Assembly (NCBI GenBank): GCA_963676795.2
Contig: CAXXTB010000002.1
Span: forward strand, 192,001 to 256,000
Origin: Geopsychrobacteraceae bacterium
GTDB lineage: Bacteria; Desulfobacterota; Desulfuromonadia; Desulfuromonadales; Geopsychrobacteraceae
Length of the DNA: 64,000 bases
Direction of reading: 5' to 3'
Part shown: in pieces, positions 8,608 to 18,166 of the stretch
Position numbering within the stretch: the stretch's first letter is position 1
Layout: each line of letters starts with the position of its first letter
Notes under the pieces: generated by a model
The model's database searches: none
What the model saw: only the letters and a program-made list of their open reading frames with translations
What the model was told of the DNA's origin: nothing
Position numbers and translations under genes: made by a program

Positions 8608-9339
8608 ATGGCAGCCAAGAAACCAAAATGCCCTGCCGGGGCGCCGATGTGGATGGTGACCTTCAGTGATATGGTCACCCTGTTGTTGACTTTTTTCGTT
8701 CTGCTTTTGTCGATGGCCAACATGGACCAGATTAAATTTAATCAGGCCAGTGATTCTCTGGCCGGGGCATTCGGCGTTCTGGGCAGTGACCGTAAAACCG
8801 CTGTCGAACAGCCCCGGGTTGTTTCCTATTCACCGATGGATGACGATTTTACCTCCAGGGTTTATCGGCGGATCAAATCAAAACTGCGGGAACTCAAGCT
8901 CAATCGCGAGATCGAGGTGGTCAAGGATCGTGGCGCAGTTATCCTGCGGATTGATGAGGCTGTCCTCTTTACCAGTGGCAGCAGCGCCCTGCAACCTGAC
9001 GCTGAAGCTGTCCTGCGCAAGGTCGCCGAGCTGGTCAAGCCGCTGCCGCTCAACCTCAAGATCGAGGGGCATACCGATGATCAGGGGAATGAACTGAACA
9101 ACTGGAACCTGTCGGTCAACCGGGCCGTTGCTGTCCTGCGCTTTATGGCGACCAATGAGCTGGTGCCCTTGACCCGTATGGCGGCGACAGGTTACGGGTC
9201 CCAGAAACCTCTGTTCCCGAACAACAGTGAGCGGGAGCGGGCGCTGAACCGTCGGGTCGAATTCGTGCTCGAAAGCCAGGGGGATCCGAATCAGGAACTG
9301 CCTTACCTGATCGATGCCAGTGAACAGACCCCATTCTGA
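8608..9339 (+). CDS. motB: Flagellar stator B subunit (MotB/PomB)
   Basis: WMVTFSDMVTLLLTFFVLL transmembrane helix; OmpA-like domain IEGHTD, NWNLSVNRA, NRRVE. Confidence 0.96.
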   Translation: MAAKKPKCPAGAPMWMVTFSDMVTLLLTFFVLLLSMANMDQIKFNQASDSLAGAFGVLGSDRKTAVEQPRVVSYSPMDDDFTSRVYRRIKSKLRELKLNREIEVVKDRGAVILRIDEAVLFTSGSSALQPDAEAVLRKVAELVKPLPLNLKIEGHTDDQGNELNNWNLSVNRAVAVLRFMATNELVPLTRMAATGYGSQKPLFPNNSERERALNRRVEFVLESQGDPNQELPYLIDASEQTPF

Positions 9340-9356
9340 CAGGAGTCAGAGCGGGG

Positions 9357-9389
9357 ATTTGAAATCTGAAATCTGATATTTGAAATCTC
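9357..9389 (-). repeat. Heptamer repeat array, opposite orientation to the 2361 and 24483 copies
   Basis: ATTTGAA ATCTGAA ATCTGAT ATTTGAA ATCTC in the motB-fliL spacer. Confidence 0.85.
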
Positions 9390-9419
9390 GCTCGCTACGA
9401 GCGGGTGGAAGGAAAGACA

Positions 9420-9920
9420 ATGGCGAAAGAACCTGTAAAAGGCTCGGAAGAAGGCGGAAAGAAGGGGAAGAAAAAACTGCTCATCATCATTATCGTCGTT
9501 CTGGTTATGCTGATCGGTGGTGGAGTCGGAGCCTTTCTGTTTCTCAAGGGGGGCGGAATGGAAGACAAGATTTCTCCCGAGGAAGAACAGGCCCAGCTTG
9601 CAGCCCAGGCCCAGCAAGTCGGCCCGATGGTCAACATCGATTCCTTCATCGTCAATATTATCGACAGTGAAGAAAGCCGGTATCTCAAGGCCGCCATCAC
9701 CCTCGAGGTTGACAGCGATGCCGCTTCCCAGGAGCTGTCCCAGCGCATGCCGCAGATCAAGGATGCAATTCTGCTGCTGGTCGGCAACAAAACCTACACA
9801 GAACTGAACGATCTGCAGGGCAAGATTCAGCTGCGTGCCGAGCTGATCAATAAGATCAACAGCATCCTCAAGCAGGGTAAAGTGAAAAGAATCTATTTTA
9901 CCGATTTTGTGGTCCAGTAA
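9420..9920 (+). CDS. fliL: Flagellar basal body protein FliL
   Basis: Basic N-terminus, single TM, FIVNI...RYLK, IKDAILLL, IYFTDFVVQ. Confidence 0.95.
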   Translation: MAKEPVKGSEEGGKKGKKKLLIIIIVVLVMLIGGGVGAFLFLKGGGMEDKISPEEEQAQLAAQAQQVGPMVNIDSFIVNIIDSEESRYLKAAITLEVDSDAASQELSQRMPQIKDAILLLVGNKTYTELNDLQGKIQLRAELINKINSILKQGKVKRIYFTDFVVQ

Positions 9921-9931
9921 AGGACAGCTGC

Positions 9932-10927
9932 GTGGAAAAGATACTCAGCAAAGATGAGATTGCCGACCTGTTGTCGGCGGTCCGGCATGGTGAAGTCGAT
10001 TTCGAAGAGGAAAATTCTGACGATTTTGTCACAGCCAGAAGAAAATCGGTCCAGAACTTCAACCTGGTCAGGTCGAACGAGCCGGAAAACTGGAGGTTGC
10101 GGAATTACGATCTGATCCTCGACAGTTTCGCGCGAAATTACTCTCTTGCGCTTTCATCGCGTTTTCAGAGGTCTCTTCAGGTTAAACTGGAAGCGATGGA
10201 GTCGATGCGTTTTGATGCCCTCCTTCAGCGCCTTTCCGGGCGAGGTGCGATCGGGGTTCTGGATCTCAGTCCCCTGGTCGGAGGTGCACTGCTGGTTTTC
10301 GATGAACAGCTGTCCTTTGCCCTGGTTGAAATCGTTCTTGGCGGCGATGCCGGAAATAAAACGGCAGTACCTGACAGAAGTATGACGGCGATTGAGCTGA
10401 ATGTGCTGCGTGATGTCATTCAATCAGCCTGTTCTGAGCTCAATAAAGGTTTTGATCAGCTTTTCAAGGTCGACACCTCTTTGCTGGAACTTGTCAGTAA
10501 TCTGCGTCTGCTCAATTTTGCGACTTCCGAGGTCGGTGTCGTTACGGCCCGCTTCCGGACGACTATAGACGGACTGGAAGGGAGTATTACCCTGGTCATT
10601 CCCCATACGGCCCTGGAGCCGTTGCAGAAAAAACAGCAGGCCAAGGCTGCGGCTGCGACGATTCAGGTGAACAGTAAATGGCAGACTTTTGTCTGTGATG
10701 AGCTGGAGCAGATGGAGGTTGAAGTCGAAGGGGTCCTGGCCAAGCTCAGTCTGCGGGTGAGGGATATTCTCAATTTTCAGGTCGGGGATGTGATCGAGCT
10801 GAACAGCAAGCCGGATGCCCCGTTGAGATTGATGGTTGAGAACCAACCGAAGTTTCTTGGGATGCCGGGGGTGCATGACGGCAAAAAAGCGATTCGTATA
10901 ATGGGGCGGATTCCCCATGGAGGTTAG
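9932..10927 (+). CDS. fliM: Flagellar motor switch protein FliM
   Basis: ILSKDEIADLL N-terminal CheY-binding-like motif; RSMTAIE; C-terminal SpoA domain (QVGDVIEL). Confidence 0.93.
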   Translation: MEKILSKDEIADLLSAVRHGEVDFEEENSDDFVTARRKSVQNFNLVRSNEPENWRLRNYDLILDSFARNYSLALSSRFQRSLQVKLEAMESMRFDALLQRLSGRGAIGVLDLSPLVGGALLVFDEQLSFALVEIVLGGDAGNKTAVPDRSMTAIELNVLRDVIQSACSELNKGFDQLFKVDTSLLELVSNLRLLNFATSEVGVVTARFRTTIDGLEGSITLVIPHTALEPLQKKQQAKAAAATIQVNSKWQTFVCDELEQMEVEVEGVLAKLSLRVRDILNFQVGDVIELNSKPDAPLRLMVENQPKFLGMPGVHDGKKAIRIMGRIPHGG

Positions 10928-10928
10928 T

Positions 10929-11243
10929 ATGATGAGTGACGAAGCGGTAGAAAACAATGGCCCGAAAGCCGGCGCCGGAGATGCGCGCGGGATTGATTTG
11001 CTGCTCGATATTCCACTGGAAATTTCTGTCGAGGTGGGGCGGACAAGAATTCTGGTGCGCGACCTGTTGCTACTGCAGGAAGGCTCATTGGTTGAGCTCG
11101 ACAAGCTGGCCGGTGAACCGCTCGATCTTTATGTCAATTCCAGGCTGATCGCGCGTGGTGAAGCGGTTGTTGTTAACGACAAGTTTGGCCTGCGTCTGAC
11201 CGATGTGGTCAGCCCGTCTGAACGGATCGAGAAGCTGGGTTAA
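10929..11243 (+). CDS. fliN: Flagellar motor switch protein FliN
   Basis: LLLDIPLEISVEVGRT...LDKLAGEPLD...IARGEAVVVNDKFGLRL. Confidence 0.97.
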   Translation: MMSDEAVENNGPKAGAGDARGIDLLLDIPLEISVEVGRTRILVRDLLLLQEGSLVELDKLAGEPLDLYVNSRLIARGEAVVVNDKFGLRLTDVVSPSERIEKLG

Positions 11244-11247
11244 ACGC

Positions 11248-11619
11248 ATGGCGCGTATGCTTATTGCTCTGCTGTTCGTGGCTCAGCCGGTCTGGGCCGC
11301 TGATGCCGGTGCTGCTCCGAGCCTGCTCGGCTCGGCCTTGAAGATGCTGGCCGTGATGGTCGTCCTGATCGGTATTCTGCTGCTCTTCTATGCGGCCAGC
11401 CGCAAAGGCTTTGGTGTCCTGCCGCAGCGCAAAGAAGGGTTGATCAAGGTCCTCGAGACCAAACCGCTGGGCGGGCGCAAGTTTCTCTGTGTGGTCAGGG
11501 TCGGTGGGGAGGAACTGCTGCTGGGCTTGAGCCATGACCGGATTGAATGTCTGAGCAAGCTGACTCCCCGCAAGGACTTCTCTCAGACGCTAGATCAGGC
11601 AGAGAAGGACGAGTCATGA
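11248..11619 (+). CDS. fliO: Flagellar biosynthesis protein FliO
   Basis: TM followed by IKVLETKPLGGRKFLCVVRVGGEELLLG; between fliN and fliP. Confidence 0.9.
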   Translation: MARMLIALLFVAQPVWAADAGAAPSLLGSALKMLAVMVVLIGILLLFYAASRKGFGVLPQRKEGLIKVLETKPLGGRKFLCVVRVGGEELLLGLSHDRIECLSKLTPRKDFSQTLDQAEKDES

Positions 11620-12356
11620 GAAGCAAACTGTTACTGCTGTTGATTCTGGTTCTCCTGCCGAGGACGCTTTTTGCCGCAGGCTTGCCGACCATCACTCTCG
11701 GTGTCGGCGAGGCCAACTCGCCGGGTGAGGTTTCAACGGCCATCCAGATCCTGCTGCTGCTGACCATTTTGTCGGTGGCACCGGCAATTCTGTTGATGAC
11801 CACCGGTTTTACCCGGATCGTCATCGTCTTGTCTTTCGTGCGTCAGGCGATGGGGACTCAAGGGGCACCATCCAACCAGATTGTCATCGGGCTTTCCCTG
11901 TTTCTGACCTTCTTTGTTATGGCGCCGGTTTTCAGTCAAATAAATGAACAGGCTCTGCAGCCCTATCTGCAGCAGCAGATCAATCAGGAGAAGGCGATCA
12001 CCGAGGCGATCAAGCCGATGCGTGAGTTCATGTTTTCCCAGGTGTCCGAGCAGGATCTGCAACTCCTGGTCGATATCTCCAGATCGCCCCAACCGGAAAA
12101 CAAGGACGATGTCTCAACTCTGACCCTGATTCCTGCCTTTATGCTTTCAGAACTCAAGCGCGCCTTTCAGATGGGGTTTCTGCTCTTCGTTCCTTTTCTG
12201 GTGATCGATATGATCGTCGCTTCGATCCTGATGGCGATGGGGATGATGATGTTGCCACCGGTTATCGTTTCCCTGCCGTTCAAAATTCTGCTTTTTGTGC
12301 TGGTTGACGGCTGGTCGCTGGTGATCGGTTCTCTGGTTCAGAGTTTCGGGACCTGA
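11616..12356 (+). CDS. fliP: Flagellar export gate FliP
   Basis: FTRIVIVLS, PSNQ, LIPAFMLSELKRAF, MGMMMLPP, LPFKILLFVLVDGW. Confidence 0.98.
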   Translation: MRSKLLLLLILVLLPRTLFAAGLPTITLGVGEANSPGEVSTAIQILLLLTILSVAPAILLMTTGFTRIVIVLSFVRQAMGTQGAPSNQIVIGLSLFLTFFVMAPVFSQINEQALQPYLQQQINQEKAITEAIKPMREFMFSQVSEQDLQLLVDISRSPQPENKDDVSTLTLIPAFMLSELKRAFQMGFLLFVPFLVIDMIVASILMAMGMMMLPPVIVSLPFKILLFVLVDGWSLVIGSLVQSFGT

Positions 12357-12375
12357 ATGTTGGGAGGACCTTCTC

Positions 12376-12645
12376 ATGACTCCTGAATTTGTTGTCAACA
12401 TCGGCCGCCAGGCGATCGAAACGGTTTTGGTCTGCGCCGCACCGATGCTGATCGTTGCCCTGCTGGTCGGTCTGATTATCAGCATCTTTCAGGCCGCGAC
12501 ACAGATCAATGAACAGACCATGACCTTCATTCCGAAGATCGTCGGGGTGTTTATTACGTTGCTGTTTTTCGCCCCCTGGATTATGCAGAAGACCATGGCT
12601 TTCATCACCATGATTTTCAGTCAGCTGCCGAATATCGGACACTGA
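12376..12645 (+). CDS. fliQ: Flagellar export gate FliQ
   Basis: GLIISIFQAATQINEQTMTFIPK. Confidence 0.98.
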   Translation: MTPEFVVNIGRQAIETVLVCAAPMLIVALLVGLIISIFQAATQINEQTMTFIPKIVGVFITLLFFAPWIMQKTMAFITMIFSQLPNIGH

Positions 12646-12646
12646 T

Positions 12647-13423
12647 ATGGAGCTCCCCGAGTTCTCCCTGCCCCTGTTGCAGGGGTTTCTGATCTGCCTT
12701 GCGCGCATTGCCGCCATGTTTTCCGCTATTCCCGTTTTCAGCGGTGCCCAGATCCCTTTTCAGCTGCGCGTCGCAGTCGCTTTCCTGTTCTCCCTGATCA
12801 CCTATCCGGTTGTTGAACGCTTCCTGCCGGCTCAAAGCTTTACGCCGCTTGAGCTTGGCCTGGTCGTAGCTGGAGAGATCGTCCTCGGCCTGCTGGTCGG
12901 ATTCCTCGCTCAGCTGGTCTTTATGGCGGCTGAATTTGCCGGTTCGATCATCGGTTACAAGATGGGCTTTGCCGCAGCCAATGTCTTTGATCCGACCACC
13001 CAGCAGCAGGTTGCACTGATTTCCCAGTTTCAGGGAATTCTGGCGATCCTTTTGTTTCTCAGCCTGAACGTTCATCATCTGTTTCTGCGGGCGATTGTGA
13101 CCTCCTTTGAAATGCTGCCTCCGGGCGGACTCAACCTTAAGGGTGGGGCTATCCCGATGATTGTCGAAGTGCTCAATCATTCTTTTGTGCTCAGCATCAG
13201 GCTTGTCGCCCCTATTCTTGTCCTGCTGATTCTTTCCGTTTTAATTCTCGGCGTCATGGGCCGGGTTTTCCCCCAGCTCAACGTCTTTCTGCTCTCCTTT
13301 CCGCTCAATATCGGCATCGCCTTTATCGTTATGGGCCTGACCCTCGGGGTGATGGCCAGTATGCTCACTGAAGAATTTTCTCAACTTTCGGAACGATTTT
13401 TGCGTCTATTCAGTTTGATGTGA
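12647..13423 (+). CDS. fliR: Flagellar export gate FliR
   Basis: Multi-TM; AEFAGSIIGYKMGF, GRVFPQLNVF. Confidence 0.96.
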   Translation: MELPEFSLPLLQGFLICLARIAAMFSAIPVFSGAQIPFQLRVAVAFLFSLITYPVVERFLPAQSFTPLELGLVVAGEIVLGLLVGFLAQLVFMAAEFAGSIIGYKMGFAAANVFDPTTQQQVALISQFQGILAILLFLSLNVHHLFLRAIVTSFEMLPPGGLNLKGGAIPMIVEVLNHSFVLSIRLVAPILVLLILSVLILGVMGRVFPQLNVFLLSFPLNIGIAFIVMGLTLGVMASMLTEEFSQLSERFLRLFSLM

Positions 13424-13523
13424 CCTTCCTGGCTGCTGGTGCCAAAATTCCGGCATGGAAGACTTCATAGAACTCTGATTTTTGGACTGTGTCAAAATTG
13501 TTGCCGCAGCCGGAGATGCGAAG

Positions 13524-14582
13524 ATGGCGGAAGAATCCGGACAGGAACGGACAGAGAATGCGACCGGTAAGCGGAGGAAGGATTTCCGTGACAAGGGGCA
13601 GGTTGCACAAAGCAAAGAGGTCGGAACCGCAGCTCTGCTGACGACCTCGTTGCTGCTCTGGGTCTTCTATGCCAGGTATTTCTGGAGAGATCTGGAGTCA
13701 ATTTATCGCGAGGTTTTTGAGCTGATGGCTCACCTCGAGGTGACCAGTCAGTCGATGACCCTGTTCGGCTGGCAGGTTGCGAAATTCATGATCGGGCTGC
13801 TCTGGCCGATCTTTCTGCTGACGCTGGTGGTCGGTTTCTTTGCCTCATTTCTTCAGGTTGGTCCGCTCTTTTCGACCAAGGTCTTCAAGCCTGATATCGC
13901 CAAATTCAACCCGATCAAAGGGATGTCCAAATTCGTCTCCAAGCGCAGTGCCGTTGAATTGGTCAAGTCTCTGGCCAAGGTCGCGCTGATCGGGTTTATC
14001 GCCTACAAGACGGTTGCCGGAGAATTTGACGCGGCCCTGACCCTGGTTTCCCAGGATCTTCACCAGATGCTGGTTTTCCTCGCCCATGTCGCCTTCCTGG
14101 TGTTCGCCAAATGCTGCGGGGTGATTATTGTGCTGGCGATCATAGATTTCGGTTTCAGTAAATATGAGATGGAGCAACGGATGAAGATGACCAAGCAGGA
14201 AATCAAAGAAGAGCACAAGGAAACGGAAGGGGATCCGAAGGTCAAGTCGCGGATCCGTTCGATGCAGATGCAGGCAGCCCGGCGGCGGATGATGGCGGAG
14301 GTGCCGAAGGCCGATGTCATCATCACCAATCCGACCCACCTGTCGGTGGCTTTAAGTTATGAGCGGGGGAGTATGGGGGCGCCGAAGATTATCGCCAAGG
14401 GGGCGGATCATGTGGCCTTCAGGATCCGTGAAATCGCCCGCGAACACAAGATTCCTATCATTGAAAACAAGCCGGTGGCACGGGCTTTGTACAAGCAGGA
14501 GATAGGGGAAGAAATTCCTGAAGAAATGTTTACCGCTGTAGCCGAGATTCTGGCCTACGTCTACAGCCTGAAGAAGCATTAA
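13524..14582 (+). CDS. flhB: Flagellar export switch FlhB
   Basis: ERTENATGKR, KETEGDP, autocleavage motif TNPTH, IIAKGAD. Confidence 0.98.
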   Translation: MAEESGQERTENATGKRRKDFRDKGQVAQSKEVGTAALLTTSLLLWVFYARYFWRDLESIYREVFELMAHLEVTSQSMTLFGWQVAKFMIGLLWPIFLLTLVVGFFASFLQVGPLFSTKVFKPDIAKFNPIKGMSKFVSKRSAVELVKSLAKVALIGFIAYKTVAGEFDAALTLVSQDLHQMLVFLAHVAFLVFAKCCGVIIVLAIIDFGFSKYEMEQRMKMTKQEIKEEHKETEGDPKVKSRIRSMQMQAARRRMMAEVPKADVIITNPTHLSVALSYERGSMGAPKIIAKGADHVAFRIREIAREHKIPIIENKPVARALYKQEIGEEIPEEMFTAVAEILAYVYSLKKH

Positions 14583-14632
14583 CATTTGATATGACAGAGA
14601 TTTTAGAAAAAAATTAGCAGCTTTTTAACTGG

Positions 14633-14665
14633 GTCGGAAAATTGACAGGCTGTCAGAAAGCGGAC
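14633..14665. promoter_or_regulatory. Two tandem FleQ-like boxes in the flhA leader
   Basis: GTCG-GAAAAT-TGAC (14633-14646) and GTCA-GAAAGC-GGAC (14652-14665), each matching 7 of 8 conserved positions of GTCA-N6-TGAC. Confidence 0.4.
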
Positions 14666-14676
14666 GACGGAGATAG

Positions 14677-16773
14677 ATGGATATGGCAACTCTCGATGGA
14701 ATAATGCAGCAACGTTGGAAAGAAATGCTGATGCGCAGCGATATCCTTGTCGCTTTCGGACTGGTCCTGATTCTGATGCTGATGATTCTGCCGGTTCCGC
14801 CGCTGCTGCTTGACCTTTTCCTGTCGATGAACATCACCATCGGGCTGCTGATCCTGATTATCGCCCTGTATACGACAAAGGCCCTCGATTTTGCCATTTT
14901 CCCCAGCATCCTGCTGATCACGACCCTGTTTCGCCTCTCGCTCAACGTCGCATCGACCCGTCTGATCCTGCTTCACGGTGACGAAGGTCCGTCAGCGGCC
15001 GGGACCGTCATCCAGTCGTTCGGTCAGTTTGTCGTCGGCGGCAACTATGTTGTCGGTATCGTCATCTTTGTCATTCTGGTCATCATCAATTTCATGGTTA
15101 TCACCAAGGGCGCCGGGCGGATCGCCGAGGTCGCCGCGCGTTTTACCCTGGATGCGATGCCGGGCAAGCAGATGGCCATCGATGCCGATCTCAACGCCGG
15201 ACTGATCAATGAAGATGACGCCCGGACCAGACGCATGGAGGTCGCTTCTGAAGCGGATTTCTACGGCGCGATGGACGGTGCCAGCAAGTTCGTCAAGGGG
15301 GACGCCGTCGCCGGTATCATCATTACCATGATCAATATCGGCGCGGGGTTTGTCATCGGTGTCATGCAGAAGGGGATGCCGATGGCCGAAGCTGCTGCAA
15401 ACTATACGATTCTGACCGTCGGTGACGGTCTGGTCGGCCAGATTCCGGCGCTGATCATTTCCACCGGGGCCGGTATCATGGTCACCCGGACGGCTGGCGA
15501 CGAGGATTTCGGCAGCCAGATGAAGAGACAGTTCTCCGTTCATCCCCGCGCTCTGTGGGTGGTCTCCGCAACCCTGCTGGTCTTTGCTCTGATCCCGGGT
15601 CTGCCGCACCTGCCGTTTCTGTTCCTCTCTGTCATCGTTGGGGTCATCGCCTGGCGGGTCCAGAAGGCCGAAAAAGAGCAGCAGCTGGAAGCGGCGAGGC
15701 CTGAACTGCCGGCGCCGAAACAGCTGGAAGAAGAAAACTACGAGAAGATGCTCAGTGTTGACCTCCTTGAAATGGAAGTCGGCTATGGCCTGATTCCGCT
15801 GGTCGATACGGCGCAGAACGGGGAACTGCTGCCGCGCATCAAGTCGATCCGCCGCCAGTTTGCTCTCGACATGGGCTTCATTGTCCCGCCGGTGCATATC
15901 AAAGACAACCTGCAGCTCAAGCCGAACGAGTATGCCATTGTCCTTAAGGGGGTCAAGATCGGCGGTGGCGAACTGCTGCCCGGCCATTTCCTGGCGATGA
16001 ATCCGGGCACCGCGACCGAGGTGATCAAGGGGGTCAATACCGTCGAACCGGCCTTCGGTCTGCCGGCGGTATGGATTTCCGAAGACAAGAAGGAGCGCGC
16101 CCAGATCTCCGGTTATACGGTCGTCGACAATACCACCGTTGTCGCCACCCACTTAAGCGAACTGATCAAGCGTCACGGTCATGAACTGCTCGGCCGTCAG
16201 GAGACCCAGAATCTGCTTGACAACCTGGCCCACGACTATCCGAAGCTGGTCGAGGAGCTGGTACCAAACCTGCTCAGCCTCGGTGTCATCATGCGTGTTC
16301 TGCAAAATCTGCTGCGCGAAGGCGTTTCTGTGCGCGATCTGCGAACTATTTTGGAGACTTTGGCAGATTGGGCACCAGTTGTGCATGATCCAGATCAACT
16401 GACCGAACATGTCAGGGCTGTGATGGCCCGCTCGATCAGTAACAACTACAGTGAAGATGGGCAGGTACTTGAAGTGATGACCTTTGACCGCAAAGTCGAA
16501 AACATGATCCAGGAAGCGCTCCACACCACGGATCACGGTGCATATCTGGCTCTCGAGCCGGGTTTCGCCCAGGCGCTGATCAACAGCCTGAACAAGACTC
16601 TGCAGAAGGTGACGGCGGCGACACCGGTGCTGTTGTGTACGCCAACAATCCGACTCCATGTCAAAAGGTTGACTGAACGTTATCTGCCGAATCTGGCAAT
16701 TATCTCTCACAACGAGATCGCGCCTCATATGAAGGTCCGGTCGATAGGAACGGTGACTGTCGATGTTGGTTAG
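14677..16773 (+). CDS. flhA: Flagellar export protein FlhA
   Basis: RIAEVAARFTLDAMPGKQMAIDADL, FYGAMDGASKFVKGDA, GDGLVGQIP. Confidence 0.99.
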   Translation: MDMATLDGIMQQRWKEMLMRSDILVAFGLVLILMLMILPVPPLLLDLFLSMNITIGLLILIIALYTTKALDFAIFPSILLITTLFRLSLNVASTRLILLHGDEGPSAAGTVIQSFGQFVVGGNYVVGIVIFVILVIINFMVITKGAGRIAEVAARFTLDAMPGKQMAIDADLNAGLINEDDARTRRMEVASEADFYGAMDGASKFVKGDAVAGIIITMINIGAGFVIGVMQKGMPMAEAAANYTILTVGDGLVGQIPALIISTGAGIMVTRTAGDEDFGSQMKRQFSVHPRALWVVSATLLVFALIPGLPHLPFLFLSVIVGVIAWRVQKAEKEQQLEAARPELPAPKQLEEENYEKMLSVDLLEMEVGYGLIPLVDTAQNGELLPRIKSIRRQFALDMGFIVPPVHIKDNLQLKPNEYAIVLKGVKIGGGELLPGHFLAMNPGTATEVIKGVNTVEPAFGLPAVWISEDKKERAQISGYTVVDNTTVVATHLSELIKRHGHELLGRQETQNLLDNLAHDYPKLVEELVPNLLSLGVIMRVLQNLLREGVSVRDLRTILETLADWAPVVHDPDQLTEHVRAVMARSISNNYSEDGQVLEVMTFDRKVENMIQEALHTTDHGAYLALEPGFAQALINSLNKTLQKVTAATPVLLCTPTIRLHVKRLTERYLPNLAIISHNEIAPHMKVRSIGTVTVDVG

Positions 16774-18166
16774 AAAATTCGAAGCGGAAACGATGGCGGC
16801 TGCTCTGCAGCAGGTGAAGGAAACCTTGGGCTCGGATGCCCTGATCCTGTCGACCCGGACGATGGGTCGCAAAGGGCTCGGTGTGCTTGGCAAGCAGCTG
16901 ATCGAGGTCACTGCCGCCATTGAATCGCCGGCGATGAAGGCTTCCGCAGCCAGGCTCGATAGTGGCCGTGTTCCGTCCGGCAAGACTCAGGCGCGAATTC
17001 CGGCTGCCTACAGCCAGCGTTTTGACCATCTTGACGATGAGAAGGTCTCCCTGACACGGCCGCTGCGCTCCGAACCTGTCGAGGTCGCCGGCATCCCCCT
17101 CGAGGATGAGGTCAGGGAGCTGCGGGCCAGACTCGAATCTCAGAATTTTGACCAGCTGCAGGCCGAGCTGAGTGAACTGAAGAACCTGCTGCAGAGCCTG
17201 TCTCGCCAGAGTCTTCAGCAGCCAGTGTCCGCACCGCTGGCTCCGGTCGTCGCCGTACCGCAGATTGCCCCGGTTGAGCTTGCTGCGCAGGCGCCTAAGG
17301 CCGCCAGCGAACCGCGCCGTCCGCATATTGCCAAGTCTCCCGTTGCAGCTGCAGCTCCTCAAGGCCTGGATGATCTGGGCCAGTTGCTTGCCGACTGCGG
17401 TATCGACGCGGAAGCCGCAGCGACCATCGCCCGCTTCAGTGCCGCCAAAATGACTGCTGAGCAACGTCAGGACAGCGCGGAATGCCAACGCGTGCTGAGT
17501 TCAACCCTGGCCAGTCTGGTGCAGACCAGCGGGCCGCTGTGGCAACCGGGTCAACCCCAGAAGCGTATCTCGCTGATCGGCGCGACCGGTGTCGGCAAGA
17601 CGACGACGATCGCCAAGCTGGCCGCCGAAGCGATGACCAAAAGCCGGGCCCGTGTTGCCCTGGTGACCATTGACACTTACCGGATCGCCGCTGTCGAGCA
17701 GCTCAAGGTTTACGGCGAAATCATGGGCTTGCCTGTTGAGGTCGTGCTCTCTCCGGACCAGCTGCAGGAGGCTTTTAAGCGTCATGCCGATAAGGATCTG
17801 ATCCTGATCGATACGGCCGGGCGCAGCCCGAAGGATGAGCCGCGCATCGAAGAGCTGAACCTGTTCCTCGGCGAGGGCTCGGGGGTTGAAAACTGTCTGG
17901 TCCTTTCGGCCCCGACCGAAGAGCGCCTGCAGCGTAAAACCCTCAAGGCCTTCAGTAAGCTGCCACTTAAGCGTCTGATCTTCACCAAGCTGGATGAAGC
18001 CGATCGCTGTGGCTCGATGATTAATCTCTCAACCAGCAGCAATCTTCCCCTGGCCTACCTGACCAACGGCCAGAAGGTTCCTGAAGATCTGCTGATGGCC
18101 GCTCCGCAAACCGTTGCCGGGCTGGTCATGGAAGGCGCACAAGCTGAACGGAGGTTGGCGGTATGA
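16763..18166 (+). CDS. flhF: SRP-like GTPase FlhF
   Basis: GATGVGKTT, DTYRIAAVEQL, DTAGRS, TKLDE, GQKVPEDL. Confidence 0.97.
   Translation: MLVRKFEAETMAAALQQVKETLGSDALILSTRTMGRKGLGVLGKQLIEVTAAIESPAMKASAARLDSGRVPSGKTQARIPAAYSQRFDHLDDEKVSLTRPLRSEPVEVAGIPLEDEVRELRARLESQNFDQLQAELSELKNLLQSLSRQSLQQPVSAPLAPVVAVPQIAPVELAAQAPKAASEPRRPHIAKSPVAAAAPQGLDDLGQLLADCGIDAEAAATIARFSAAKMTAEQRQDSAECQRVLSSTLASLVQTSGPLWQPGQPQKRISLIGATGVGKTTTIAKLAAEAMTKSRARVALVTIDTYRIAAVEQLKVYGEIMGLPVEVVLSPDQLQEAFKRHADKDLILIDTAGRSPKDEPRIEELNLFLGEGSGVENCLVLSAPTEERLQRKTLKAFSKLPLKRLIFTKLDEADRCGSMINLSTSSNLPLAYLTNGQKVPEDLLMAAPQTVAGLVMEGAQAERRLAV

Noticed and set aside
14476..14491. TGGCACGGGCTTTGTA sigma54-like motif inside flhB
   Set aside because: The -12 element is GT rather than GC, and the sequence is explained by the conserved VARALY codons.
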